Notes: a model not told the origin generated them from the sequence alone. A DNA stretch of 64,000 bases from Myxococcota bacterium (GCA_965228475.1 OZ245817.1:3136001-3200000); one strand, 5' to 3'; positions 47,074 through 60,832 are shown, counted from the stretch's first letter. Made by a program: numbers and translations.

Positions 47074-49166
47074 GGCTTCACGGTGGCTTCGGCCAGGGGC
47101 GCGAGAACCTTCCGCAGCCGCAGCCCGACGATCGAACCGTCGGGGTAGAGGACCGCCGGAAGCCCGGGCGGAGCGGTCAGCCGGAAGCGCCGTGCCGGCC
47201 CCCCGTCGACGCCGTAGGCGTCGCCGCGGAAGAGATCGATCCAGCGCCCGGGCGGCAGCGTCGCCGGGAAGGTCACGGCCTCCGCCGAATCCGGCTGGGG
47301 ATTCGGCACGACGAGCAGTTCGCTTCCGATCAGGAACGATTCGGGCCGTCCGCTCTGGAAGGCCGGCTCCTCCGGGTGGTAGAGCCAGAGCGGCCGGAGA
47401 ATCGGGAGCCCCCGCTCGGCCACCTGCCGCACGAGCTCCGCCCGGTAGCCCGCCCAGGCCGCGTGGATGCGGCCGGCGCGCACGAGGGCCGCGCGGCCCT
47501 CGGGTGCATCGAGAACCCGTGCATCGACTTCGTAGAGCGGCATGAACCCGGCGAGTCCGAGCGCCGCCGCCCCTCCGGCGGAGACCGTGGAGACGGGGAA
47601 CCCCGAGATCCCCGCCGAGAGCACGCGGGCGAGGGTCGCCTCGTCCTCGAGGGCACCCGCCACGAGCACGGCCACGTGCCCGGGGCTTCCGACGTAGGCC
47701 GTCTCGGCGAGCAGGACGCCCTGCTCGCCGTCGAGGAAGGCCCGGCTCGCCGTACTCGTGGCCTGGGCCGCGAAGCGGTTGTGCTCGTCCGCACTCGCGC
47801 CGTCGTCCCCGGCGCGAACGCCGAAGGGCAGACCCTCGCCGCCGCGCAGGCGGAGGCCCCGGGCGCCCGGTTCGACGCGTCGCGCGCGGGTCTCCTGTCT
47901 CAGACGGGCGCGCGCATCGGCACGCGCGAGATCGACGAGGAGGCCGCCCGCCACCGGGACGACGTCCCCCGCGTCGTCGCGCACCGCATGGGGTTCGAGG
48001 ACGGAGTCTTCGGGCAGCAACGGCCCGGCCGGAAGGATCAGGCGGATTCCCGCGCGGTCGAGCTCCACGGCGAGCGCCTGCCAATCGGGATAGGCGGCAC
48101 CGTCGATCGCGGTCTCGACCTCGGCGGGCGCCGCATCCCGAACGAACAGCGCGGCCGGCATCGTTCCGAGCGAGGCGAGCTCGGCGAGGCGCTCGCGAAC
48201 CGCCGCCGCGCCCCCCTCGACGGCGACCAGCGGGCCCGAGTGGATCCAGGCCGGGAGCCGGAGCTCCCCCGTCGCCCGCGAGAGGAGCCGCACGCGGTCC
48301 TCCGGGCTGCGGACCGCCGCGACCCGGAGCGTGAGCTCCCGCGCGTGCACCTCGGTGCGAAGAACGCCCTCCGTCGCGAGGTCGAAGGCGGCGTACTCGG
48401 CATTCTCCAGCCAGAGCACGGGCCCGCGGGAGCTCAGCGCATGAGGAGCCGGCGCCCGGCTGCCGGGGAAGACGGGAGAGAATCGAGCCCGAAGGCGATC
48501 GAGCGTCGTCGGGCTCGCGCCCTCGAGCCCGACGACGAGGTTGGCGAGGCGCCCGTCGGCCTGGGCGAAGGCTTCGCGCGCGCCGAAGCCGAAGAAGCGC
48601 TCGCCCGGCGCGCGCGCCTGAACGAAGGCGATGCGGTTGAAGGAGGGGTCTTCGAGGCGCACGTGCAGGCGGAGCTGGTTGCGCCCTTCGGGAACGACGA
48701 AGAGTTCGTAGGCGCGCTCGAGCACGCGGCACTTCAAGCGGCCGGTGATGCGCAGCACGTAGAGCTCGAGCTCCGCGCTCTCCACCGTCTGCCGGCTGCA
48801 CCGCTCCTGCACGGCATCTTCGACGTGGGCGTTGCGCCCGGTGCCCACGAGGGCGGACCGCCCGCGCGCGATCTCGAGGAAGGCGCGGCCGGCCACGGTC
48901 TCGAGGGCGGGAACCTCGCCGAGCTCGGGATGGCTCGCCCGGAGGCGCGCATCCTCCCAACCCGTCCCCGCGAGCTCCAGCGTGAAGCGTCCGAGCTCGT
49001 GACGAAAGGGCTCGAAGGGCTGCTCGGCATCCCCGAGGCGCCCGCTCCCGGCGGGCTCCCCCGAGCAGGCGGCCAACAGCGCCCCGGCGAGCACGAGGAC
49101 CCCGCGGCTCCGCCGCCCCACACGTTGCCGGGCAGCGTCGGTCTCCTCCGTGAGGCGTACGCTCAC
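47070..49166 (-). CDS. GH31 (sulfoquinovosidase/YihQ-like) lipoprotein with degenerate active site
   Basis: Lipobox LAAC; LPAWIHSG, GLPILRPLWLYHP, FLIGSELLVVP, LPPGRWIDLF, APPGLPAVLY match the GH31 scaffold. Confidence 0.75.
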   Translation of the reverse strand: MSVRLTEETDAARQRVGRRSRGVLVLAGALLAACSGEPAGSGRLGDAEQPFEPFRHELGRFTLELAGTGWEDARLRASHPELGEVPALETVAGRAFLEIARGRSALVGTGRNAHVEDAVQERCSRQTVESAELELYVLRITGRLKCRVLERAYELFVVPEGRNQLRLHVRLEDPSFNRIAFVQARAPGERFFGFGAREAFAQADGRLANLVVGLEGASPTTLDRLRARFSPVFPGSRAPAPHALSSRGPVLWLENAEYAAFDLATEGVLRTEVHARELTLRVAAVRSPEDRVRLLSRATGELRLPAWIHSGPLVAVEGGAAAVRERLAELASLGTMPAALFVRDAAPAEVETAIDGAAYPDWQALAVELDRAGIRLILPAGPLLPEDSVLEPHAVRDDAGDVVPVAGGLLVDLARADARARLRQETRARRVEPGARGLRLRGGEGLPFGVRAGDDGASADEHNRFAAQATSTASRAFLDGEQGVLLAETAYVGSPGHVAVLVAGALEDEATLARVLSAGISGFPVSTVSAGGAAALGLAGFMPLYEVDARVLDAPEGRAALVRAGRIHAAWAGYRAELVRQVAERGLPILRPLWLYHPEEPAFQSGRPESFLIGSELLVVPNPQPDSAEAVTFPATLPPGRWIDLFRGDAYGVDGGPARRFRLTAPPGLPAVLYPDGSIVGLRLRKVLAPLAEATVKP

Positions 49167-50476
49167 AGGGCCGCGAGCATCTCGTCGGCGGCGCGCAGCC
49201 CGCTCGTGCACGCGCCTTCGGTGTAGGCCCCGACGAGGTAGTCCCCGGCGAAGGCCAGGCGCGGCGAGCGGTCCGTGCGCTCGAAGAACCCGGCCAGCGC
49301 GCGGGTGTAGCCGGCACGGAACTGCGGGAGCATCGGGTCCCAGCGGTGGACGACGGTCTCGCGCGGCTCGAGCCGGCCGATCGGCGTCTTCGCGAGGTTC
49401 GCGAGCACGCGCTCGGCGATGGCCGTGTCCTCCGCTTCCCAGAGCTCCGCGGCGACGCTCTCGCGCAAGGCGCAGTTCACGAGACCCGCCCCGGCCGGAG
49501 CCTGGCCCTCCTTCCAGTGGTCGACGGCGAGGCCGTAGAGTTCGAGCCCCTCGGGCCGCGGGAAGGCGACGCCGTACCAGGGCAGCGTTTCCGGGGCGCG
49601 ATCGAAGAGCAGGAAGACGATCATGCCGCGCACGTAGTGCACCTGCTCGAAGAAGCCGCGCTCGGCCGGCGTGAGCTTCGGGCAGACGCCGGGCACGAGC
49701 GGGCCCGGCAGAGCGACGACGGCGGCGTCGGCGAGGACGGCTTCTTCGCCAGCGTGGGAGCGGAACTGAATGCGCGCGCCCCCGTCTTCGGTCTCGACGG
49801 AGAGCACCTCGCAGCCGGTTCGCACGTCGAGACCGGCGGCCAGCGTGCGGGTCAGGGTGCCGACCCCGCCCTCGATCGTCTGGAGCTTGAAGTTCTCGCT
49901 CGTGAAGCGGATGGCCTGGAGCGCGAAGGCCGCCGAGAGGTCTTCCGGCTCGCTGTCGAAGGTCGAGGAGAACGCGGGGGCGAGCAGGTACTCGAAGGCT
50001 TCGGCGCCGACCAGGCGGCGCAGGTACGACGCCATGTCCTCGTGGTCGATCGGCGCCGCGCGCTCGGGGTGCCAGGGGTCGAGCCGCGCGCGCTTTCGCC
50101 AGACGTCGTGAAGCAGGCGCGCCAGCCGGAGCTTCGCGCGGCCCGAGAGCAGCGGCGATCGCAGCACCTGGAAGGGCGAGTCGGCGTCGGCCGAATGGAG
50201 CTCGCCGTCGCGCAGGACGGCGTTGTGGGCCTTGCGGAAGGGCTGCACGCGGCTGGCGAGCCCGGTCGCGTCGATCAGGCCGTGGAGGTTGCGGTACGCG
50301 CTCGAGATGAACTGGGCGCCGCGGTCGAGGGTGAAGCCGCCGTGGCGCTCGCTGCGCATGCGGCCCCCGGGCTCGGACTCCGCCTCGAGGACCTGGACGT
50401 CGTGCCCGGCCTGCTGCAGCCGGAACGCCGCCGAGAGCCCGGCGAGGCCCCCACCCACCACCACCACCGATCCCAT
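49163..50476 (-). CDS. FAD-dependent oxidoreductase (protoporphyrinogen oxidase/amine oxidase family)
   Basis: VVVVGGGLAGLSAA, EAESEPGGRMRS, DRGAQF, AFAGDY, EGACTSG. Confidence 0.88.
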   Translation of the reverse strand: MGSVVVVGGGLAGLSAAFRLQQAGHDVQVLEAESEPGGRMRSERHGGFTLDRGAQFISSAYRNLHGLIDATGLASRVQPFRKAHNAVLRDGELHSADADSPFQVLRSPLLSGRAKLRLARLLHDVWRKRARLDPWHPERAAPIDHEDMASYLRRLVGAEAFEYLLAPAFSSTFDSEPEDLSAAFALQAIRFTSENFKLQTIEGGVGTLTRTLAAGLDVRTGCEVLSVETEDGGARIQFRSHAGEEAVLADAAVVALPGPLVPGVCPKLTPAERGFFEQVHYVRGMIVFLLFDRAPETLPWYGVAFPRPEGLELYGLAVDHWKEGQAPAGAGLVNCALRESVAAELWEAEDTAIAERVLANLAKTPIGRLEPRETVVHRWDPMLPQFRAGYTRALAGFFERTDRSPRLAFAGDYLVGAYTEGACTSGLRAADEMLAAL

Positions 50477-50504
50477 GGCGGGAGTGTAGGCACCGAGTCT
50501 TCCG

Positions 50505-50534
50505 TAGACAGGAGGCAAAAATAAAGCGAAAATC
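50505..50534 (+). promoter_or_regulatory. dnaE2 promoter with direct-repeat operator GCAAAAATAAAGCGAAA
   Basis: TAGACA-17 nt-GAAAAT; 24/30 identical to the imuA upstream motif. Confidence 0.75.
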
Positions 50535-50538
50535 GAGC

Positions 50539-53697
<3,159 letters not shown>

Positions 53698-53744
53698 GAA
53701 CGCGCCCGGCTAGCGGCACTCGTCCGGCGCGGCCACTCGTCCGG

Positions 53745-55784
53745 CTAGCGGCCGAGGTGCGCGACCACCGCCGCCGTGAGCTTCTCCGGCGTGAAGCCGA
53801 AGTACTCCGCCAGGTCCTTGGCCGGCGCCGAGGCGCCGAAGCGCTGGATGCCGTAGACGAGGCCGTCGCGGCCCGCGAGCCCCTGGAACGAACCCCCGCG
53901 CCCGGCCTCGACGGCCACGACGGGCGTGCCGTCGGGGACGACCTCCTTCCGGTAGGCCTCGGGCTGCGCCTCGAAGAGCTCGAGGCTCGGCATGGAAACC
54001 ACGCGCGCGGCGATGCCCTCGCCTTCGAGGGCCTCGGCGCTCTTGCAGGCGAGGCCGACCTCGGAGCCCGTCGCGACGAAGGTGACCCGCGGCGCGGCGC
54101 CGCCGTCGCGCACCACGTAGCCGCCCTTCCACACGTCCTCGGGCGTGAAGGCGTCCGTGCGCGTGAGGGAGGGAACGCCCTGGCGTGTGAGCGCGAGCAT
54201 GGCCGGGCCTTCGGCCTTCTCGGCGATCCAGGCCCAGGCGAGCGCGGTCTCGAGCCCGTCCGCCGGGCGGAAGACCGTGAGGCCCGGGATCGCGCGCAGG
54301 GAATCGAGGTGCTCGATCGGCTGGTGGGTGGGCCCGTCTTCGCCCGCGAAGATCGAATCGTGCGTGAAGACGAAGGTCGAGCGCACACCCATGAGCGCCG
54401 CCAGGCGAACGGCGGGCCGGACGTAGTCGCTGAACACGAGGAACGTGCCGCCGAAGGGCAGGAAGGTCCCGTCGAGGGCGATGCCGTTCAGGATCGCGCC
54501 CATGGCGTGTTCGCGGATGCCGAAGTGGAGGTTGCGGCCGGCGAACGGGTCGCCGTCCGCGATCGGGCCGACGTCGCCGCCGCCCTTGATGGTCGTGACG
54601 TTCGACCCGGCGAGATCCGCCGAGCCGCCGACGACGCAGGGCATGGCCCCGGCCAGGCGCTGGATCGCCTCGCCCGAGTGCTTGCGGGTCGCGGCCTCCT
54701 TGCCGTCCATGCCGTCGGCGATGCGGGTCACGAGGTCTTCGGGCGTGCGGCGGGCCCGGGCGTCTTCGAAGGACTGAGCGCGCTCGGGGTTCGCCGTGCG
54801 CCAGGCGGCATAGGCTTCGTCCCGCACCGCACGCGCGGCGCGCTTGGCGGCGATCCGGCCTGCCAGGTACTCGCGCACGTCGTCCGGAACCAGGAACGTC
54901 GGCTCGAGGGGCCAGCCGAGCGCCTTCTTCGTGAGCTCGACCTCCTCCGCACCGAGCGCGGCGCCGTGGGCCGCGGAGGTATCCGCCTTGTTCGGGCTCC
55001 CGTAGCCGATCGTCGTGCGCGTGATGATGAGGGTCGGCTTCGCCGTCTCGGCACGCCCGGCTTCGAGCGCCGCGCGCAGCGCCGGCAGGTCGAGCCCGTC
55101 CACCGAGGCGACGCTCCAGCCCTGGGCCTCGAAGCGCGCCGTCACGTCCTCGCTGAAGGAGAGGTCCGTGCGGCCGTCGATGGTGATCTGGTTGTCGTCG
55201 TAGAGGAAGATCAGGTTGCCGAGACCGAGGTGCCCGGCCAGGGAACAGGCCTCGGACGAGATGCCTTCCATGAGGTCGCCGTCGCCCGCGATGCCGTAGA
55301 CGAAGTGATCCCCCGGGCCGCCCTCTCCGCCGCCGAACTGACTGCCCGTCATGCGCGCCGCGAGGGCCAGGCCGACGGCGTGGGCGATGCCCTGCCCGAG
55401 CGGGCCCGTCGTCACTTCGACCCCCGGCGTGTGCCCGTACTCCGGGTGCCCCGGCGTCGACGAACCGAGCGCGCGGAATCGGACGAGCTCCTCGTGGGGG
55501 AGGTCGTAGCCGAACAGGTGGAGCAGACCGTACTGCAGCATCGAGGCGTGACCCGCGGAGAGCACGAAGCGGTCGCGCAGCGGCCACTCCGGGTCCGTCG
55601 GGTCGAAGCGCAGATGGTTGTCGAAGATCTCGAGCGCCGGCCCGGCGAGCGCCATCGGCGTCCCGGGGTGGCCGCAGGTCGCGCGCTCGACCGCATCCAC
55701 GGCCAGGAAGCGGATCGTGTTGACGATCCGCTCGTGGAGCTCGCTGCCCGGCTCGGCAATTTCGACGGTGCCCTGCCCGCTCAT
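53745..55784 (-). CDS. tkt: Transketolase
   Basis: [42 protein letters not shown]. Confidence 0.97.
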   Translation of the reverse strand: MSGQGTVEIAEPGSELHERIVNTIRFLAVDAVERATCGHPGTPMALAGPALEIFDNHLRFDPTDPEWPLRDRFVLSAGHASMLQYGLLHLFGYDLPHEELVRFRALGSSTPGHPEYGHTPGVEVTTGPLGQGIAHAVGLALAARMTGSQFGGGEGGPGDHFVYGIAGDGDLMEGISSEACSLAGHLGLGNLIFLYDDNQITIDGRTDLSFSEDVTARFEAQGWSVASVDGLDLPALRAALEAGRAETAKPTLIITRTTIGYGSPNKADTSAAHGAALGAEEVELTKKALGWPLEPTFLVPDDVREYLAGRIAAKRAARAVRDEAYAAWRTANPERAQSFEDARARRTPEDLVTRIADGMDGKEAATRKHSGEAIQRLAGAMPCVVGGSADLAGSNVTTIKGGGDVGPIADGDPFAGRNLHFGIREHAMGAILNGIALDGTFLPFGGTFLVFSDYVRPAVRLAALMGVRSTFVFTHDSIFAGEDGPTHQPIEHLDSLRAIPGLTVFRPADGLETALAWAWIAEKAEGPAMLALTRQGVPSLTRTDAFTPEDVWKGGYVVRDGGAAPRVTFVATGSEVGLACKSAEALEGEGIAARVVSMPSLELFEAQPEAYRKEVVPDGTPVVAVEAGRGGSFQGLAGRDGLVYGIQRFGASAPAKDLAEYFGFTPEKLTAAVVAHLGR

Positions 55785-55984
55785 CGTTCCCCCATCTGGT
55801 GTATTCGGGTCCCGCCCAGCATACAGCGTCCCGCCCGCCGCGGGAGCCGCGGGGCGCCGCCGGGCCGGGCTCCGCCCACATTCACACGGCGTTCGCCCTG
55901 CCCTCGACCGGGATGCCGACGGACCGCCGGGATGGGATACCGTGCGAGCCGCCGGCGCGAGACAGGCGTCGGGCGGGAGGCACC

Positions 55985-56779
55985 ATGGCCGGAAGACTCG
56001 AGGGCAAGCGGGCGATCGTGACGGGGGCCGCCAGCGGCATCGGGCGCGCGAGCGCGCTGCGCTTCGCCGCCGAGGGCGCGTCGGTTCTGGCGGCGGACCT
56101 CGCAGAGGCCGGGCTCGCCGAAACCGCCGAGGCAGCGGCCGGAGCCGGGACCGGGATCGTCACCCGCGCGGGCGACGCCGCCGACGAGGCCTTCGTCGCG
56201 AGCCTCGTCGAAACCTGCGTCGGCGAGTTCGGCGGGCTCGACGCGTGCTTCGCCAACGCCGGCATCACGGGCGAGATGGTGAGCGTGCTCGACACGGACG
56301 TCGAAACCTGGGAGCGCGTGCTGCGCGTGAACCTGGTCGGGCCCTTCCTCGCGATCAAGCACGCGGGCGGCCACATGAAGGACCACGGCGGCGGCTCGAT
56401 CGTCTGTACCGCCAGCGTTGCCGGGCTTCGCTCGGGGGCCGGCCCGACGCCCTACAGCGCGAGCAAGGCGGGCGTCGTCAATCTCGTGCAGACCTCGGCC
56501 TACCAGCTCGCGGGCACCGGCGTCCGCGTCAACGCGATCTGTCCCGGCCTGATCGAGACCGGCATGACGAAGCCGATCTTCGACGCCGCCCGCGCCGCCG
56601 GAAAGGGCGACCGCATCGGCCAGCTGAACCCGCTCCGGCGCTACGGCGTGCCCGAGGAGATCGCCGCGACCGCCCTCTTCCTCGCGAGCGACGAGTCCTC
56701 CTACGTGAACGGCCAGGCCATCGCCGTCTGCGGCGGCCTCTCGGCCTCCCACCCGGTGGTGCCGAACCGGCTCCTCTAG
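55985..56779 (+). CDS. Short-chain dehydrogenase/reductase
   Basis: [33 protein letters not shown]. Confidence 0.93.
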   Translation: MAGRLEGKRAIVTGAASGIGRASALRFAAEGASVLAADLAEAGLAETAEAAAGAGTGIVTRAGDAADEAFVASLVETCVGEFGGLDACFANAGITGEMVSVLDTDVETWERVLRVNLVGPFLAIKHAGGHMKDHGGGSIVCTASVAGLRSGAGPTPYSASKAGVVNLVQTSAYQLAGTGVRVNAICPGLIETGMTKPIFDAARAAGKGDRIGQLNPLRRYGVPEEIAATALFLASDESSYVNGQAIAVCGGLSASHPVVPNRLL

Positions 56780-56879
56780 CGCCCCGGAAGCGGAAAACTT
56801 CCCCGCCCCAGATTTTGAGGTTCGACCCATCGAACCCTGCTAGGGGTGTCCCGATTGCCACGCGGTGCGGGAGATCGAC

Positions 56880-57761
56880 ATGGGCCGGACCTACGACGCG
56901 CTCCGACGAGCGGAAGCCGTGCGGGCCGCGCGGGTCCTGCGGCGCGAGCCCGAGCGCGAGGCACTCCTTCCTGCCGCGGCCGCGCCCCGCCGCTGCCGGA
57001 CGCTCGCCATCGCCAGCCCGAAGGGCGGCGTCGGGAAGACCACGCTCGCGCTGCACCTCGCGGTGTACCTGCGCGCCCTGCGGGAAGACCTTCCCATCCT
57101 CCTGTGGAATCTCGACGAACAGGACACCGTCGATCGCGCGCTGCTCGGCGCGCCGGCCCCGACCAGCGGAGAGCTGGCCCTGGCCGAGGGCCTCGGGGCC
57201 GCCCTGCGCCCGGGCGAGTTCGGCATCGACGTCGTCCCGCTCCCCCGCGACGGCCACGCCTTCGAAGCTGCCCTTCCCGAGGGCGACCCGCTCTCGGCCC
57301 TGCTCGGGGACGCCCGCCGCGAGGGCCTCGTGATCTTCGACACCGGCAGCCGGCTCGACCGGGCGGCCGATGCCGCCCTCGCGGCGGCGGACCTCGTGCT
57401 CGTTCCCGTGCGCGACCCGGTCTCCCTGCGCGTCGCCGAACCGGTCTGGCGGCGCGCGAACGGCACGCCGGTCCGGGCCGTGCTCTACGGGATCGACCTG
57501 CGCGTGAAGCTCGAGGGCGAGCAGCAGGACATCCTCGGACTGCTCCTCGACCTGCTCGGCGGTTCCGGACGCGAGCACTTCACCACCGTGATCTCGCGCT
57601 CGCCCGCGGTCGAGGCGCTGACCTGCGCCCCCGACGGAAGGCCCCGCACGCTGATGCACGCGGCGCCGCGCAGCATCGTGCACGGCCAGCTCGGCGCCCT
57701 GGCCCGCGAGGTGCTCGACTGGATGGAAGCGAGCGAGGCGAGCGCCAAGACGGCCGGATGA
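56880..57761 (+). CDS. ParA/MinD family ATPase (orphan)
   Basis: Deviant Walker A PKGGVGKTT, IFDTG, ALAAADLVLVPV. Confidence 0.8.
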   Translation: MGRTYDALRRAEAVRAARVLRREPEREALLPAAAAPRRCRTLAIASPKGGVGKTTLALHLAVYLRALREDLPILLWNLDEQDTVDRALLGAPAPTSGELALAEGLGAALRPGEFGIDVVPLPRDGHAFEAALPEGDPLSALLGDARREGLVIFDTGSRLDRAADAALAAADLVLVPVRDPVSLRVAEPVWRRANGTPVRAVLYGIDLRVKLEGEQQDILGLLLDLLGGSGREHFTTVISRSPAVEALTCAPDGRPRTLMHAAPRSIVHGQLGALAREVLDWMEASEASAKTAG

Positions 57762-58390
57762 CCGACGCCGTCCGCGTCGCCTACGACGCCCGCGCGAAAG
57801 ACTACGCAGCCGCCAACCTCGGCGAGCTCGAGCGCATCGCCTTCGATCGCGAGCGGCTCGAGACGTTCGCGCAGCGCGTCCCCTCGGCCGGCGGCGTCGT
57901 CGCCGACGTCGGCTGCGGGCCGGGACACGTCGTCCACCACCTGGCCGAACGGGGCGTCGAGGCCGTCGGCTACGACCTTTCTCCAGGGATGATCGCCGAG
58001 GCGCGCCGCACCTTCCCACGCTCGGAGTTCCGGCTCGGGGACCTGACGAGCCTCGCCGTCCCGGATGCTTCGTTCGCGGGGCTCGTCGCCCGCTACTCGC
58101 TCATCCACCTGGAACCGGAGCGGCACGGCGAAGCGTTCCGGGAGTGGTCCCGCGTCCTGCAGCCCGGCGCGCCGGCCCTCGTCTCGTTCTTCGCTTCGGA
58201 CTCGGCCGCCACGCACGGCCAGCCCTTCGACCACGCCGTCCTCACGGCCTACGCGATCGCCCCGAGAACTGCCGCTGCGGCCATGCGCGCTGCGGGCTTC
58301 GAAGACATCGAGGTGTCCACCCGCCCACCGCTCGAAGGCGAGCGCCCGCTCGACCACGCGACGATCCTGGCCCGGCGCGCCCGCGCCTAG
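57758..58390 (+). CDS. Class I SAM-dependent methyltransferase
   Basis: VADVGCGPG, DLSPGM, YSLIH, RVLQPG; ATGA overlap with the ParA-like gene. Confidence 0.9.
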   Translation: MTDAVRVAYDARAKDYAAANLGELERIAFDRERLETFAQRVPSAGGVVADVGCGPGHVVHHLAERGVEAVGYDLSPGMIAEARRTFPRSEFRLGDLTSLAVPDASFAGLVARYSLIHLEPERHGEAFREWSRVLQPGAPALVSFFASDSAATHGQPFDHAVLTAYAIAPRTAAAAMRAAGFEDIEVSTRPPLEGERPLDHATILARRARA

Positions 58391-58441
58391 CGCCCCAGCG
58401 CCTTGCGCGCGAAATCATCGATGGAATGTGACGAGGACTCG

Positions 58442-58517
58442 TGGTCGGGGTGGTGGGATTCGAACCCACGACGCTGACCACCCAAAGATCAGGCTCTGGC
58501 CACTGAGCTACACCCCG
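58442..58517 (-). tRNA. tRNA-Pro (anticodon UGG), atypical sequence, encoded CCA
   Basis: 76-nt cloverleaf CGGGGTG TA GCTC AGTGGCCA GAGC C TGATC TTTGGGT GGTCA GCGTC GTGGG TTCGAAT CCCAC CACCCCG ACCA; C1-G72 and A73 proline identity elements. Confidence 0.9.
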
Positions 58518-58648
58518 ACGCCGCCGAGGCTAACCGAGCCCCGCTCGGCCGGGTAGCCGACACCGCTACGTGCCCCAGGGCGCCCACGTCCGACCCCGCA
58601 AGCGGCAAAGCCGCGCGCAGCGAGGCGCAGCCGAGCGAAGTCAAAAAG

Positions 58649-59314
58649 TTACGCGAGCTGAATCGTCGTCAGGCACTTGTCCTCGAGCCAGACGAGCATG
58701 TCGCGCAGGGCCTCGGGCCGGATCTCGTGGCCCATCTCGTACTCGTGGTAGGCGAGGTTCACCCCGAGCCGCATGAGCGTCTCGCGGGACTCCTGGGCGC
58801 GCGCGACCGGGATCATCTCGTCCTCGGTGCCGTGGAGCACGAGGGTCGGGAAGTTCTCGTGGCCGGGCTGCTTCTCGATCGCGCCGGTGAGCGCCTCGGG
58901 CAGCCAGCTCGACATGGCGATCAGGCCGCAGAAGCGGTCCGGGTCGTTCAACACGAGGTCGTAGGCCATCACGCCGCCCTGGCTGAAGCCCATGGGCACG
59001 ATCTTGCGCCGGTCGACGGGGTACATCTTCTCGGCTTCGTCGAGGAAGGCCTTCACGGCCTCCCGGCCGGCCTGGAACTCGGCCGGGTCCGGCGGGCCGC
59101 CACCGGTGATCGGGAACCATCCGAAGCCGTGCATGCCCTGGGCGATCTCGAAGGCGACGGGGCCCTGGGGCGAGAGCACGAGGGCTTCGCCCCGGTGCAG
59201 GAGCGGCGCGAGGCCGAGCAGGTCGTGGGCGTTCGCGCCCCAGCCGTGCAGGGCGAGGATGGTCGGAAAGGGGCCTTCTCCGGCCGGGACGTGGGCAGCG
59301 TGTAGGAGTTCCAT
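58649..59314 (-). CDS. Phospholipase/carboxylesterase (alpha/beta hydrolase)
   Basis: [27 protein letters not shown] catalytic triad motifs. Confidence 0.92.
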   Translation of the reverse strand: MELLHAAHVPAGEGPFPTILALHGWGANAHDLLGLAPLLHRGEALVLSPQGPVAFEIAQGMHGFGWFPITGGGPPDPAEFQAGREAVKAFLDEAEKMYPVDRRKIVPMGFSQGGVMAYDLVLNDPDRFCGLIAMSSWLPEALTGAIEKQPGHENFPTLVLHGTEDEMIPVARAQESRETLMRLGVNLAYHEYEMGHEIRPEALRDMLVWLEDKCLTTIQLA

Positions 59315-59426
59315 GGCGGCGGAGTCTACGGGTTCGCCCGACGGGGCGCCCGCGGCCCGCTCCGCTGGGAGCCGGCCTCCCGGCCCGGGAGCCGCCGCCC
59401 GAACGCCGTGCTATCCCACCCAGGCC

Positions 59427-60830
59427 ATGAGCGAACGAACCCTCCTCGACAAGGTATGGGACGCCCATACCGTCCGTGAACTGCCGAACGGCCAGACCCA
59501 GCTCTTCATCGGGCTCCACCTCATCCACGAAGTGACGAGCCCCCAGGCCTTCGCGGCCCTCGACGAGCGCGGCCTGCCCGTCCGCTTCCCCTCGCGCACC
59601 TTCGCGACGGTCGACCACATCATCCCGACCGAGTCCCAGGCCCGGCCGCTGGCCGACGATCTCGCCGAGACGATGATGCAGGCCCTCGAGCGCAACACGA
59701 AGAAGCACGGCATCCCGTTCTTCGGCCCCGAGAGCGGCGAGCAGGGCATCGTGCACGTGATCGGGCCCGAGAAGGGGCTGACGCTACCGGGCATGACGAT
59801 CGCCTGCGGCGACAGCCACACGAGCACCCACGGCGCCTTCGGCGCGATCGCCTTCGGCATCGGCACGAGCCAGGTGCGCGACGTGCTGGCCACCCAGTGC
59901 CTCGCCATGGACCGCCTGAAGGTCCGCCGCGTTTCGGTGACGGGCAAGCTCGCCCCCGGCGTCTACGCGAAGGACGTGACCCTCGCCGTGATCCACGCCC
60001 TCGGGGTGAAGGGCGGCATCGGCTTCGCCTACGAATACGCGGGCCCGGTGATCGAGGCGATGACCATGGAAGAGCGCCTCACCGTCTGCAACATGGCGAT
60101 CGAGGGCGGCGCGCGCGTCGGCTACATCAACCCGGACGAGACGACCTTCGAGTACCTGCGCGGGCGGCCCTACGCGCCCGAAGGCGAGGCCTTCGACCGC
60201 GCCGTCACGGCCTGGCGCGCCACCGCCAGCGAAGCCGACGCCGTCTACGACGAGACGGTCGAGCTCGACGGCGACGCTCTCGCGCCGGTCGTGACCTGGG
60301 GCATCAACCCGGGCCAGAGCATCCCCGTGGACGGCACCCTGCCCCGGCTGGCGGACACGCCGGATGCCGAGCGCGCCTCGGTCGCCGAGGCCCTCGAGCA
60401 CATGCAGCTCGAGGCCGGCGCGAAGATCGAGGGCACGCCGATCGACGTCGCCTTCGTCGGCTCCTGCACGAACGGGCGCATCTCGGACCTGCGCGAGGCG
60501 GCGCGCGTCGCCAAGACCGGCCAGGTCGCCTCGGGCGTGAAGGCGCTGATCGTGCCCGGCTCCCAGGCGGTCGCCCGCCAGGCCGAAGAAGAAGGGCTGC
60601 CGGAGATCTTCAAGAGCGCGGGCTTCGAGTGGCGGGAAGCCGGCTGCTCCATGTGCCTCGCGATGAACCCGGACAAGCTCGTCGGCAGCCAGATCTCGGC
60701 CAGCTCGAGCAACCGGAACTTCAAGGGCCGCCAGGGCTCGCCGACCGGGCGCACGCTCCTGATGTCGCCGGCCATGGTGGCCGCGGCGGCCCTCCGGGGC
60801 CGCGTCACCGACGTGCGGGAGGTCCTCTAG
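59427..60830 (+). CDS. leuC: 3-isopropylmalate dehydratase large subunit
   Basis: [51 protein letters not shown]. Confidence 0.97.
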   Translation: MSERTLLDKVWDAHTVRELPNGQTQLFIGLHLIHEVTSPQAFAALDERGLPVRFPSRTFATVDHIIPTESQARPLADDLAETMMQALERNTKKHGIPFFGPESGEQGIVHVIGPEKGLTLPGMTIACGDSHTSTHGAFGAIAFGIGTSQVRDVLATQCLAMDRLKVRRVSVTGKLAPGVYAKDVTLAVIHALGVKGGIGFAYEYAGPVIEAMTMEERLTVCNMAIEGGARVGYINPDETTFEYLRGRPYAPEGEAFDRAVTAWRATASEADAVYDETVELDGDALAPVVTWGINPGQSIPVDGTLPRLADTPDAERASVAEALEHMQLEAGAKIEGTPIDVAFVGSCTNGRISDLREAARVAKTGQVASGVKALIVPGSQAVARQAEEEGLPEIFKSAGFEWREAGCSMCLAMNPDKLVGSQISASSSNRNFKGRQGSPTGRTLLMSPAMVAAAALRGRVTDVREVL

Positions 60831-60832
60831 TC

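Noticed and set aside
56780..58441. tRNA-integrated genomic island
   Set aside because: No integrase and no duplicated tRNA 3' end found in the window.
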